Positions 24,590 through 34,302 of a DNA stretch of 64,000 nt are shown piece after piece. Position numbers and translations under genes: made by a program. Origin of the DNA: Gemmatimonadales bacterium. GTDB taxonomy: Bacteria > Gemmatimonadota > Gemmatimonadetes > Gemmatimonadales > GWC2-71-9. How positions within the stretch are numbered: the stretch's first letter is position 1; the number at the start of each line of letters is the position of its first letter. The stretch covers positions 1 through 64,000 of the forward strand of contig JBDIWC010000010.1 of NCBI GenBank assembly GCA_039794085.1, written 5' to 3'. The notes beneath the pieces were generated by a model that was not told the DNA's origin, did not search any database, and was given only the letters and a program-made list of their open reading frames with translations.

Positions 24590-25438
24590 ATGCCCAGAAC
24601 CGGACACGTCGCCCTCGCCGGCCGACCCAACGTCGGCAAGTCCACCCTCCTCAATGCCCTGGTCGGCACCCACCTCGCCATCGTGAGCCCCAAGGCCCAG
24701 GCCACCCGGCTCCCCGTCGTCGGGCTCCTCACCGAGGACGACACCCAGTACATCTTTCATGACCTTCCCGGCCTCCTCGATCCCGAGTATCTCCTCCACC
24801 ATCGGATGCTCGCCCTCGCCGTGGAGAGCGCCCGCCGGGCCGACGTGATCCTGCACCTCCATCGCGCGGCCGAGTATCCCGCCCCCGACTTCCACACGCT
24901 GCTGCCCCCCGGCACCTCACCCCGCGCCGCGGTGCTCCCGGTCTACACCCAGGTCGACCTCCTCCCGGAGGGGAAGTTGCTCCCCCCGGAGACCCTCTCC
25001 ACCGATGCCCCGAGCGGGCGGGGGATCCCGGAGCTGCTGGCCGCCATTCGGCCCCTGCTCCCCGAACAACCCTTCCAGTACGACCCCGACGATGTGGGGA
25101 CTCAACCCCTCCGTTTCTTTGTCACCGAGTACCTTCGGGAAGCCGCCTTCGGGGTGCTGGAGGACGAACTCCCCTACGCCCTGGTGGCCGAGGTGGAGGA
25201 ATTCCGCGAAACGACCTCCCCGGTGTACATTCGGGCGACGCTTTTCGTGGAGCGCGAGTCCCAGAAGGGCATCCTGATCGGGGAGGGAGGGCGGACGATC
25301 AAGGCGATCGGCCAGCACGCCCGCGAACGGCTGGAGGCCCTGCTCGGCACCAAGGTGTACCTCGAGACCTGGGCCAAGGTGCTCCCCCGCTGGCGGAAGG
25401 ATTCCCACGCCCTTCGCCGGTTTGGATTTCCCGATTGA
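24590..25438 (+). CDS. era: GTPase Era
   Basis: [30 protein letters not shown] domain ELPY...[15 protein letters not shown]. Confidence 0.93.
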   Translation: MPRTGHVALAGRPNVGKSTLLNALVGTHLAIVSPKAQATRLPVVGLLTEDDTQYIFHDLPGLLDPEYLLHHRMLALAVESARRADVILHLHRAAEYPAPDFHTLLPPGTSPRAAVLPVYTQVDLLPEGKLLPPETLSTDAPSGRGIPELLAAIRPLLPEQPFQYDPDDVGTQPLRFFVTEYLREAAFGVLEDELPYALVAEVEEFRETTSPVYIRATLFVERESQKGILIGEGGRTIKAIGQHARERLEALLGTKVYLETWAKVLPRWRKDSHALRRFGFPD

Positions 25439-25457
25439 CCGAAAGCCGGAGGAACGA

Positions 25458-25628
25458 ATGGCGCTGGCCCCTGAACTGCTCGAGATTCTCGTCTGTCCCA
25501 AGTGCAAGGGTGACCTCGAATTCCGCGAGGAGGCCCAACAGCTCGTCTGTCATGCCTGTCGCCTGGTCTACCGGATCGAGGATGACATCCCGATCATGCT
25601 GATCGACGAAGCCACTCCCCTGGCATGA
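25458..25628 (+). CDS. Trm112/YcaR-family small zinc-finger-like protein
   Basis: [14 protein letters not shown]...[29 protein letters not shown] upstream. Confidence 0.9.
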   Translation: MALAPELLEILVCPKCKGDLEFREEAQQLVCHACRLVYRIEDDIPIMLIDEATPLA

Positions 25629-27232
25629 GCTCCCTCTGGCCGGAGGGGGTGCGCGGCACCCCCGACACCGAGGCCATCCTCCAGGCGGCCTCGGCGATCG
25701 CTCGGGGGGTCGCAGGGGGTGGGGAGGGAGGGGACACGGTGACGGCGGAGCACCTGTTGCTGGCCCTCCTCGACCAGGACGAGCCGACCCTTGCCGACTG
25801 GCTCGACTCCCGGGGGCTCGGAGCCGCCGAGGTCAGGATCGCGCTTCGCCAGGCCCGGCCTCCCCGTCGCGGAAGGACGCCCGATCGCCCCGGTCCCGCC
25901 CTTTCGCCCGCCGCGCGACGTGCCGTGAGCGAAGCGGGTCGAGTGGCATCCGCCCGGGGGCGCGGAGAAGGCGTAACCCGGGCCGATCTTGCGACGGTCC
26001 TCCTCCGACTCGGGAATACCGCCCTCTCCCGGCTTGGCCGGACCAGGACTGATTCGAGCGCTTCCGTGCCCGGCCCCCGGACTCGGAGCGAACCGGTTCC
26101 ACGCCGGGCTGAGGCCCCTTCCCGGATTGCTGTGACCCCCGGCCCCAAGACCAACAAACCGGCCCGGACTCCAGGGTGGTGGCGATATCCGGCGCTGCTG
26201 GCCCTGCCGGCCAGCATGGTCCTGAATGTTGTCGGAGCCCCGCCCACTGCGGTGTTCATCATCGCGGCGCTCGGGGTGATTCCGCTGGCCAGTTTCATGG
26301 GAGAGGCGACAGAACACATCGCGGCGCGCACCGGGCCGGCACTCGGGGGATTGTTGAACGCCACCTTCGGCAACGCGGCGGAGCTGATCATCGCCATCGT
26401 GGCCTTGCGCGCCGGGTTGGTGGATCTGGTCAAGGCTTCGATCACCGGGAGCATTCTCGGCAACCTGCTCCTCATCATGGGTCTCTCCTTCCTGGCCGGG
26501 GGGGTCCGCCGGCCGGTGGTCCGGTTCAATCGCACCGCCACCGGAATGAGTGCCGGAATGCTGGTCCTGGCGGTGGCGGGACTCGTCTTCCCGGCACTCT
26601 TCCTCGCCACCCACCCCACAGCCGCGGCGCCGGTGCTCCTGCACTTCTCCGAGGCTGTGGCGGTGGTTCTCGCCGTGACATACGGTTTCTCGCTGCTCTT
26701 TTCCCTCCGGACCCACCGGAGTCTCTTCAGCGGGACTTCAGGGGAGGGGGCTGGGCATGGGCCCACGGGCACCCTCTGGAGTCTGCGGTTTTCCATCGTC
26801 GTCCTGGCGCTGGCCACGGTGGGGGTGGCCGTAGAGTCGGAACTCCTGGTGCACAGCGTGGAGGCGGTGACGGCCACCTTCGGGGTCAGCGAGATGTTCC
26901 TGGGGCTGATTGTGATCCCCATCATCGGCAATGCGGCGGAGCATTCCACGGCGGTGCTGGTGGCGCGGAAGGGAAACATGGACCTTTCCCTGCAGATCGC
27001 CCTCGGGTCGAGCACCCAGGTCGCGTTGCTCGTGGCTCCGGTGCTGGTCCTTGCGGGTGTGCTCCTGGGGCAGGACATGACTCTGGTGTTCACGCCCTTC
27101 GAGGTGATGGCGATCGGGCTCGCCACTATCGCGGCTTCGATCATCACGCTCGACGGGGAAACCCATTGGTTCGAGGGGGTTCAGTTGCTGGCGGTCTACG
27201 GGGTGATCGGGGTGGCGGCCTGGTTCGTTTGA
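25625..27232 (+). CDS. Ca2+/H+ antiporter (CAX/ChaA family) with an in-frame N-terminal Clp-N-like domain
   Basis: Alpha repeats [11 protein letters not shown] and [27 protein letters not shown]-terminal [11 protein letters not shown] and LSPAARRAV; alternative start GTG 26132. Confidence 0.85.
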   Translation: MSSLWPEGVRGTPDTEAILQAASAIARGVAGGGEGGDTVTAEHLLLALLDQDEPTLADWLDSRGLGAAEVRIALRQARPPRRGRTPDRPGPALSPAARRAVSEAGRVASARGRGEGVTRADLATVLLRLGNTALSRLGRTRTDSSASVPGPRTRSEPVPRRAEAPSRIAVTPGPKTNKPARTPGWWRYPALLALPASMVLNVVGAPPTAVFIIAALGVIPLASFMGEATEHIAARTGPALGGLLNATFGNAAELIIAIVALRAGLVDLVKASITGSILGNLLLIMGLSFLAGGVRRPVVRFNRTATGMSAGMLVLAVAGLVFPALFLATHPTAAAPVLLHFSEAVAVVLAVTYGFSLLFSLRTHRSLFSGTSGEGAGHGPTGTLWSLRFSIVVLALATVGVAVESELLVHSVEAVTATFGVSEMFLGLIVIPIIGNAAEHSTAVLVARKGNMDLSLQIALGSSTQVALLVAPVLVLAGVLLGQDMTLVFTPFEVMAIGLATIAASIITLDGETHWFEGVQLLAVYGVIGVAAWFV

Positions 27233-27290
27233 CTGGCGGAGCGGGACGATACTAACTTTCTGATTCCCAACCCTTTACGCAGGGAGCCGG

Positions 27291-28262
27291 GTGCGACAAC
27301 GCCCCACGATTCTCTACCACGGTCCCGAGGGCGGCGCGCCCTCTGATCTGGTGTGCCACTGGGCCAAGGGGAAGGATTTCCCGGTCCAGATCGTTCCCGA
27401 GGCGGAAGGGGTCGAATCGATCCTGCTTCGGGGGCATCCGGCGTTGCTGTTTGTCGCCGGGGCCGAGGGGGCGACCCCCGGAGCGGCCGATCTGATCCGG
27501 CGGGTCAAGAGTGACGCCTTCACGGCGATCATTCCGGTCCTCGTGTTGATGAACCAGCATGAGCCCGAGGAAGCGGCCCGATGGTTTGCCTTGGGCGCCG
27601 ACGAGGTTCTGAGTGACATTTTTGCGCCCTCCGAACAGCAGGCCCGGATGGACACACTCGTGGGGCGTGCGGTGCGCGACGTGGGGGTCCACCCGTCGAC
27701 CCGGCTCCCGGGAACCAACGAGATCGAGCGCGCCATCCGGTCCCGGATCGAGGGGAAGGGTGAGTTCGCGGTGTGCTATGCCGATCTCGATCATTTCAAG
27801 GAGTTCAACGACCGGTACGGGTACTACGAGGGCGACCGGGTGATCTTCATCGTGTCCCGGATCCTCCACGACGTGGTCCGGGGCATGACAGGGGTCGAGG
27901 GGTTCGTTGGGCATATCGGGGGCGACGATTTTATCTTCATGGTTCCGGCGGCACACGTGGAGCCGGTGTGTGCCGAGATTCTGCAGGTGTTCGACAACCT
28001 TGTCCCGTTCCAGTACAATGAGCAGGATCGGCGCGCGGGTTATTATTTCGGGAAGGACCGGCGCGGGCAACTGCATCGCGTTCCGCTCATGACGCTGTCG
28101 ATCGGCATCGTCACGAGTCGGCAGAGGGTCTTTGCCCACACGGCCGAGGTGAGCGAGTTGGCCACGGAGATGAAGAGCTACGCCAAGACATTGCCGGGAT
28201 CGGTCTTCGTTGTCGACCGGCGTCAGGGTCGGGATGCCGACCTGCCGGGCGGTTCCCGCTGA
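27291..28262 (+). CDS. Degenerate receiver domain plus GGDEF-family domain (GGDDF)
   Basis: TRLPG, YADLDHFKEFNDRYGYYEGD, GHIGGDDF, TLSIG; receiver-like IPVLVL...ALGADEVL. Confidence 0.88.
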   Translation: MRQRPTILYHGPEGGAPSDLVCHWAKGKDFPVQIVPEAEGVESILLRGHPALLFVAGAEGATPGAADLIRRVKSDAFTAIIPVLVLMNQHEPEEAARWFALGADEVLSDIFAPSEQQARMDTLVGRAVRDVGVHPSTRLPGTNEIERAIRSRIEGKGEFAVCYADLDHFKEFNDRYGYYEGDRVIFIVSRILHDVVRGMTGVEGFVGHIGGDDFIFMVPAAHVEPVCAEILQVFDNLVPFQYNEQDRRAGYYFGKDRRGQLHRVPLMTLSIGIVTSRQRVFAHTAEVSELATEMKSYAKTLPGSVFVVDRRQGRDADLPGGSR

Positions 28263-28278
28263 GGAGGGTTGCTGAAGG

Positions 28279-29094
28279 ATGAACGTCACCTGTCCGCACT
28301 GCCGCACGCTGTACCGGGTCGACCCGGCGAAGGTTCCCGCATCCGGGGTCCGCGCCCGGTGCGCCACGTGCGAGGGTGTCATCCTGGTGCGCCTGCCGGA
28401 CGTCCTTCCCGGGCTGGGGGCAGAACGGGAACAACTCCCTGCGGTTCGAGCACCGGAGCCGGCTCCCGTCCCGGCCCCCGTTCCTGCTCCAGCCCCCGTT
28501 CCTGCTCCAGCTCCCGCTTCGGAGATTCCGTCACCCCCCACGCCCTCGATTCCGGTTGCTCCGGCGACACCGGTGAGGAGTGAACCGCCCTCCGCGGATG
28601 ATCTCCGCCCTGTGGCGCCGTTCACTCCTGCCTGGCCCGGGGTGCCCCCGGCTGTGCGGACGCAACGGCCAGCCGGAGTGCCGGAGGAGAGCCCGATCCT
28701 CTCCAGCACTCCGATGCCCCCTACGACCCGTCCCCTCTCCCTGTCCCAGACCCCGATTCCCGGGGCTCCGCCCTCGGGGGGGGGGACGGGTACTTCTCCG
28801 CTCGCGGTTTCACCCCCGGTCCCGAAGAAGCGAGGGAATCCGTTCCTGTCGCAGGACCCGAAGGTGAAGGCGCGCCGCCTGGCCCGGGCCCTGGTCTCCG
28901 ATCTCGTGGTGTATCATCCCGCCAAGCGCCGGGACGGGCTGCGGGACGGCTCCCTCAAGCTCCTCTTCGAGGAGGAGATCCAGAAGAGTTGGGAGGAGTA
29001 TGTGGACCAGGTGGGCACGGAGCTCGCCAACGCGACCCCCTTCTTTACCGAAGCCCTCAACGAGATTCTCGCCGACGGACGCCCCGTTTTCTAG
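28279..29094 (+). CDS. Zinc-ribbon (MJ0042-type finger) protein with Pro/Ala-rich linker and helical C-terminal domain
   Basis: MNVTCPHCRTLYRVDPAKVP...RCATC; (PAPV)n linker; ARRLARALVSDL. Confidence 0.85.
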   Translation: MNVTCPHCRTLYRVDPAKVPASGVRARCATCEGVILVRLPDVLPGLGAEREQLPAVRAPEPAPVPAPVPAPAPVPAPAPASEIPSPPTPSIPVAPATPVRSEPPSADDLRPVAPFTPAWPGVPPAVRTQRPAGVPEESPILSSTPMPPTTRPLSLSQTPIPGAPPSGGGTGTSPLAVSPPVPKKRGNPFLSQDPKVKARRLARALVSDLVVYHPAKRRDGLRDGSLKLLFEEEIQKSWEEYVDQVGTELANATPFFTEALNEILADGRPVF

Positions 29095-29214
29095 GGGCGC
29101 CTCGCGCAACGGCGTGGACTCCATCTATCTTTCGGCAAGTGCCGCGAGCCGTTCGCTCCGCCTCGGCGGTGGTGGGCGGCTCGTCTCTTTAGTCCCTTGT
29201 CCTGCGAGGCTGTG

Positions 29215-30325
29215 ATGTCGATGACCGATCTGACCGACAGACTGAGTGATCTCCGTCGCCGGTGCGATGAACTCCGGGAGTTTCTTTGACCTCGAGGGCA
29301 AGGGAGCACGGTACCGGGAGATCGAGGCCCTGCAAGGGGACCCGGAGTTCTGGGCCAACCAGGCACGGGCGCGCGAGGTGGTGCAGGAGCTGAAGACCCT
29401 CAAGGGGTGGGTCGATCCCGCCGCCGCGATTGTGGCCCGCGTGGAAGACGCCGTCGGCATTGCCGACCTCCTGGCGGGGGAACCTGATGAGGGGATGGCC
29501 GGGGAACTGGAGGCAGAGGTGGGGGCTCTCGAAGCGGCTCTGGCGGAGTTGGAGGTCCGGACCATGCTCCAGGGCCCCGACGACCGCCGGGACGCGATTC
29601 TGACCATCCACCCCGGTGCCGGGGGAACCGAGTCGCAGGATTGGGCCGAGATGCTGATGCGGATGTACGTCCGGTGGGCCGAGAGACGGGGCTACCGGGT
29701 GAGTGTCCTGGACATGCTCGAGGGGGAGGAGGCGGGCATCAAGTCCGTGTCCCTGGAGATTCTCGGAGAGTATGCCTTCGGGTATCTGAAGGCGGAAAAG
29801 GGTGTCCACCGACTGGTGCGGATCTCGCCGTACGATTCCCAGGCGCGGCGGCATACCTCGTTCGCCTCGGTGTTCGTGTATCCCGACATCGATGACACGA
29901 TCGAGGTGGACCTGCGGGAGGAGGACATTCGGATGGACGTGTTCCGGGCCTCCGGGGCGGGAGGACAGCACGTCAACAAGACCTCTTCGGCCGTTCGGCT
30001 GACCCATGAGCCGACGGGCCTCGTCGTGGCCTGCCAGCAGGAGCGCAGCCAGACCAAGAACCGGGCCACCGCCATGAAGATGCTGCGCGCGGCGCTCTAT
30101 CAGCGGAAACTGGAGGAACAGGAGGCGGCCAAGGCGCTGATCGAAGCGACCAAGACGGACAATTCCTGGGGCAACCAGATTCGGAGCTATGTGTTCCAAC
30201 CCTACACGATGGTGAATGACCATCGGACGGAGTTGAAGGTGTCGGATGTCCATGCGGTCATGAACGGGGAAATCGATCCGTTCGTCACGGCCTACCTCAA
30301 GCGGTTCGGAGCCGGAGCCCGATGA
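29215..30325 (+). CDS. prfB: Peptide chain release factor 2 with programmed +1 frameshift
   Basis: Short ORF ends CGGGAG-TTT-CTT-TGA-C (29275-29290); the +1 frame has GGTESQDW, SPY and GAGGQHVN. Confidence 0.96.
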
Positions 30326-31848
30326 CGGACGCCGTCGAGCGGAGCTATGTGGAAACCGCCCGGCGCGAGAAGCTCGCGGCGCTGCGGGCCCGCGGGGTGG
30401 AGCCCTTTGCGTATCGCTTTGAGCGGTCTGACACGACCGTGGAGGCGCTCGCCCGGGGGGAGTCCCTGGCGGGGGATGCCCAGGGACCCGTGGTCACCGT
30501 GGCCGGCCGACTGGTGGCCTTCCGGTCAGCCGGGAAGACCGCCTTTGGTCACCTCGCCGATCAGGTCGGCCGGGTCCAGCTCTATTTTCGCCGCGATGTG
30601 CTGGGGGAGGACTGGGATCTGGTCTCCCTCCTCGACCTTGATGACCACCTTGGCGTCACCGGTCCTCTCTTCCGGACCCGAACCGGAGAGATCACCATCC
30701 GGGTGGAGTCGCTCACTCTCCTCGCCAAGTCCCTGCGTCCGCTGCCCCGGGGCAAGGAGCAGAAGAGCGAGGACGGGGACGGGGACGGTCGCACCGTGTA
30801 CGGGGGTCTGGTGGATCCGGAGGTCCGGTACCGGCAACGCTACGCCGACCTGGCGGTGCACCCCGAGGTGCGGGCCGTGTTCCAGCTGCGCGCGCGCATC
30901 GTGAGCTGGATTCGGCGGTTTCTCGATTCCCGGGGCTTTCTCGAGGTCGAGACCCCGATCCTGCAACCGCTGTACGGCGGTGCGATGGCCCGGCCCTTCG
31001 TGACCCATCACAACGCGCTGGACATGCCGCTCTTTCTCCGGATCGCCGACGAACTCTATCTCAAACGGCTGATCGTGGGCGGCTTCGAACGCGTCTACGA
31101 GATCGGACACGATTTCCGGAACGAGGGAATGGACCGGACGCACAATCCCGAATTCACCATGCTGGAGTGCTACCAGGCGTACGCCGACTACGGTGACATC
31201 ATGACCCTCCTCGAGGAGATGCTCGCCGGACTGGTCCGGGAGCTGACCGGGGGCATGCGCCTCGTGGTGGGGGGCCAGGATCTCGACTTCACGCCGCCCT
31301 GGCCACGGGTCCGCTTCGTCGAGGGGATCCTAGAGGCCAGCGGAGTGGATGTGCTGACCGCGAGCGAGGAGGAGATGCGGCAGCGGTTGCGTCGCGCCGG
31401 CGCCGGCACGGACGAGGGGGATGATCTGGCAGGGGGACGCCTTCTCGATGAGATGTTCAAGGCCTTCCTCGAGCCCACGTGTGTGCAGCCGACGTTTGTC
31501 ATCGACTACCCCAAGCCCCTGTCCCCCCTGGCCCGGGTGCACCGGAAGGACCCGCGCCTGACGGAACGGTTCGAGCTCTTCGTCCTTGGCCGGGAGCTGG
31601 CCAACGCCTTCAGCGAACTCAACGATCCCGATGACCAGCAGGCCCGGTTCGAGGATCAGGGACGCCAGCGGGCGGAGGGGGACGACGAGGCCCAGCCGTA
31701 CGATGCCGACTATGTACGGGCCCTGACCTACGGCATGCCCCCGACGGGGGGGCTCGGTCTCGGCATCGACCGGCTCGTGATGCTTCTCACCAACCAGGCC
31801 TCCATTCGGGATGTGATCCTCTTTCCGGCCATGCGGCCCGAGGGATGA
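30322..31848 (+). CDS. lysS: Lysine--tRNA ligase (class II)
   Basis: RYRQRY, FLEVETP, LRIADELYLKRL, FRNEG, HNPEFT, YGMPPTGGLGLGIDRL. Confidence 0.97.
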   Translation: MTDAVERSYVETARREKLAALRARGVEPFAYRFERSDTTVEALARGESLAGDAQGPVVTVAGRLVAFRSAGKTAFGHLADQVGRVQLYFRRDVLGEDWDLVSLLDLDDHLGVTGPLFRTRTGEITIRVESLTLLAKSLRPLPRGKEQKSEDGDGDGRTVYGGLVDPEVRYRQRYADLAVHPEVRAVFQLRARIVSWIRRFLDSRGFLEVETPILQPLYGGAMARPFVTHHNALDMPLFLRIADELYLKRLIVGGFERVYEIGHDFRNEGMDRTHNPEFTMLECYQAYADYGDIMTLLEEMLAGLVRELTGGMRLVVGGQDLDFTPPWPRVRFVEGILEASGVDVLTASEEEMRQRLRRAGAGTDEGDDLAGGRLLDEMFKAFLEPTCVQPTFVIDYPKPLSPLARVHRKDPRLTERFELFVLGRELANAFSELNDPDDQQARFEDQGRQRAEGDDEAQPYDADYVRALTYGMPPTGGLGLGIDRLVMLLTNQASIRDVILFPAMRPEG

Positions 31849-33131
31849 TGTCCGACGCACCCCACGGAAGCCGCTGGCGTCCGACCGGACTGGAACTCGA
31901 GCTGGCCACCCGGTATCTCCGGGGGCGACGCCTGACCCGGGGCGCCTCTCTCACCACGAGCATCGCCATCGGTGGTGTGGCGGTGGGCGTGATGGCCCTG
32001 ATCGTGATTCTCGGCGTGATGAACGGACTCCGGGACGACCTGCGCGACCGGATCCTCACGGCCAATCCCCCCTTGCGCATTCTCACCTTCGGGGCCTCGC
32101 TCCGCATGGATGACTGGCGGATGGTCCTCGATTCGGTGCGCCGGGTTCCCGGCGTGGTCGCGGCGGCGCCGGAGGTGCTCACCCAGTCGGTCATTCTCAA
32201 CAGTGCGAAGTATCCCTCGGCGGTCGACCTCGTCGGGGTGGCCACCGACACCGGAAGCCGTCCCGCCTCGACCCTCGCCCGGTACATCACGCGCGGCGAT
32301 CTCCAGTTCCAGACCACCCGTGCGGATGTGGATGGCGGTATCATCCTCGGCCATCGGCTCGCCAACCGCCTCTCCGCCTTTCCCGGGGACGAGGTGGAAA
32401 TCCTGGCGATTGCCTCGGGGCAGGTCAACCGGGTGATGGGGATGGCGATCCCGCGCCGGTGGCGGTTCGAGGTCACCGGCCTGTTCGACACGGGGATGTA
32501 CCAGTATGACGACGGATTTGCGGTTCTCCCCCTGGCGGTGGCGCAGCAGGTGGCCGGACTCGACACGGCGGTGACCGGAATCCAGATCGACCTGGCCGAT
32601 CCCTGGATGGCACCGGCGCTGGGCCGACATCTCGAGGAGAGTTTTGGATATCCCTATCGTGCGCTTGACTGGCAGGCCCAGAACGCCACCCTGTTCAGCG
32701 CCCTCAAGCTCGAGAAGCTGGCCATGGGGCTGATCATCTTCTTCATCATGATCGTCGCCGCCTTCAACATCGTCGGAACCCTGACCATGGTGGTGGCCGA
32801 AAAGACCCGGGAAATCGGCATCCTTCAGGCGATGGGCCTGCCCGCCCGTGCGATCGGACGGGTCTTCCTGCTGCAGGGCGGAGTGATCGGAGGCATCGGG
32901 ACCGCCCTCGGGGTGGTGCTCGGGATCGGGATCGGGCTGGTGGTGGACCAGTCGGGGTGGATCCGGATCGACCCCGCCGTGTACTACATCGACCGGCTGC
33001 CGGTGCACACCGAACCGATCGATGTTCTCATCGTGGTGAGCATGAGCCTGGGGATCGCCCTGCTGGCCACGATCCTCCCCTCCCGCACCGCCACCCGGTT
33101 GACCCCGGTGGAGGCGATCCGGCACGAATGA
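31845..33131 (+). CDS. lolE: Lipoprotein-releasing ABC transporter permease LolC/E
   Basis: GVAVGVMALIVILGVMNG, LFSALKLEK, VAAFNIV, KTREIGILQAMG, PVEAIRHE. Confidence 0.88.
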   Translation: MMSDAPHGSRWRPTGLELELATRYLRGRRLTRGASLTTSIAIGGVAVGVMALIVILGVMNGLRDDLRDRILTANPPLRILTFGASLRMDDWRMVLDSVRRVPGVVAAAPEVLTQSVILNSAKYPSAVDLVGVATDTGSRPASTLARYITRGDLQFQTTRADVDGGIILGHRLANRLSAFPGDEVEILAIASGQVNRVMGMAIPRRWRFEVTGLFDTGMYQYDDGFAVLPLAVAQQVAGLDTAVTGIQIDLADPWMAPALGRHLEESFGYPYRALDWQAQNATLFSALKLEKLAMGLIIFFIMIVAAFNIVGTLTMVVAEKTREIGILQAMGLPARAIGRVFLLQGGVIGGIGTALGVVLGIGIGLVVDQSGWIRIDPAVYYIDRLPVHTEPIDVLIVVSMSLGIALLATILPSRTATRLTPVEAIRHE

Positions 33132-33832
33132 GCACTCCTCTGCTTCGAGCCCGCGGGATCGGGATGGTGTATCGGGGCGGTGACGGAGCCCCGGTGCCGG
33201 TGCTCCAGGGCCTCGAGCTCGAGGTGCGGGCCGGCGAGTTCGTGGCCATCGTGGGCGAGAGCGGGGTGGGAAAGAGTACCCTCCTGCACCTGCTCGGAGC
33301 CCTGGACCGGCCGAGCGCCGGCGAGGTGGAACTGGATGGCGTGCGCTACGGGGACCTCGACGCCGGAGCCCTGTCCGCCTTTCGCAACCAGCGGATCGGC
33401 TTCGTGTTCCAGTTTCACCACCTGCTTCGGGATTTCAGCGCCCGCGAAAATGTGGCGATGCCCTTGCGCATCGCCGGGGCCTCGCCGGAGGAGGCCCTGC
33501 TTCGGGCCGACGCGCACCTGGAACGGGTGGGTGTGGCCCATCGGGCGTCGCACCGTCCCGCCCAACTGTCGGGGGGAGAACAGCAACGCGTGGCCGTGGC
33601 TCGAGCCCTGGCGGCGGAACCCGCTCTGGTCCTCGCCGATGAGCCGTCGGGCAACCTCGACGCCGCCAACAGCGCCCGCCTGCACGACCTTCTGGTGTCG
33701 GTGGCCCGCGCGCCCGACCGGGCTCTCCTCGTGGTCACCCACAACCGGGCGCTTGCCGAACGGGCCGATCGGGTACTGATTCTGGAGCAGGGCATTCTGA
33801 CCGATACCCGGGCCCCGGAGGTGGCCGACTGA
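33128..33832 (+). CDS. lolD: Lipoprotein-releasing ABC transporter ATP-binding protein
   Basis: GESGVGKSTLL, IGFVFQFHHLL, LSGGEQQR, LADEPSGNLD. Confidence 0.9.
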   Translation: MSTPLLRARGIGMVYRGGDGAPVPVLQGLELEVRAGEFVAIVGESGVGKSTLLHLLGALDRPSAGEVELDGVRYGDLDAGALSAFRNQRIGFVFQFHHLLRDFSARENVAMPLRIAGASPEEALLRADAHLERVGVAHRASHRPAQLSGGEQQRVAVARALAAEPALVLADEPSGNLDAANSARLHDLLVSVARAPDRALLVVTHNRALAERADRVLILEQGILTDTRAPEVAD

Positions 33833-34302
33833 TGCTGTGCTCGCGGTGCCAACAACGGGACAGCGTGATCCAGGTGCACCAGATCATCAACGATCAGTCC
33901 GCCGTGGTTCATCTGTGCCAGCAGTGCGCGCTCGAGCAGGGAATCGAGGTCGAGGCCACCCTCGAATCCAACCCGCTGACGGGCTTCCTCTCCTTGCTCG
34001 AGCAGCATCCCGCCACCACCGGGGCCTGCCCGGGATGCGGGGCCACCCTCGAGGACTACCGCTCCACCGGGCGCCTCGGGTGTGCCCGGTGCTACGCCAC
34101 CTTTGCCGGTCCCCTGCGGGATCTCCTGCGGCGAATCCATGGAGCCGCGGCCCACACCGGATCGCGGCCCCCCTCCGCGGAGGATTCGCTCAGCGCGGAC
34201 GCCCGGAGGGAGGACCTCCAAACCCAGTTGCGCCGGGCCATCGAGCACGAACAGTTTGAGCGGGCGGCGGTTCTTCGCGACCAACTCCGGGAGTTCGAAT
34301 GA
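33832..34302 (+). CDS. mcsA: McsA (arginine kinase activator; four CxxC plus UVR domain)
   Basis: CSRC, CQQC, CPGC, GRLGCARCY, EQFERAAVLRDQLR. Confidence 0.9.
   Translation: MLCSRCQQRDSVIQVHQIINDQSAVVHLCQQCALEQGIEVEATLESNPLTGFLSLLEQHPATTGACPGCGATLEDYRSTGRLGCARCYATFAGPLRDLLRRIHGAAAHTGSRPPSAEDSLSADARREDLQTQLRRAIEHEQFERAAVLRDQLREFE

Noticed and set aside
29246..29290. prfB as a pseudogene, or starting at 29246
   Set aside because: The canonical CTT-TGA-C programmed frameshift explains the break
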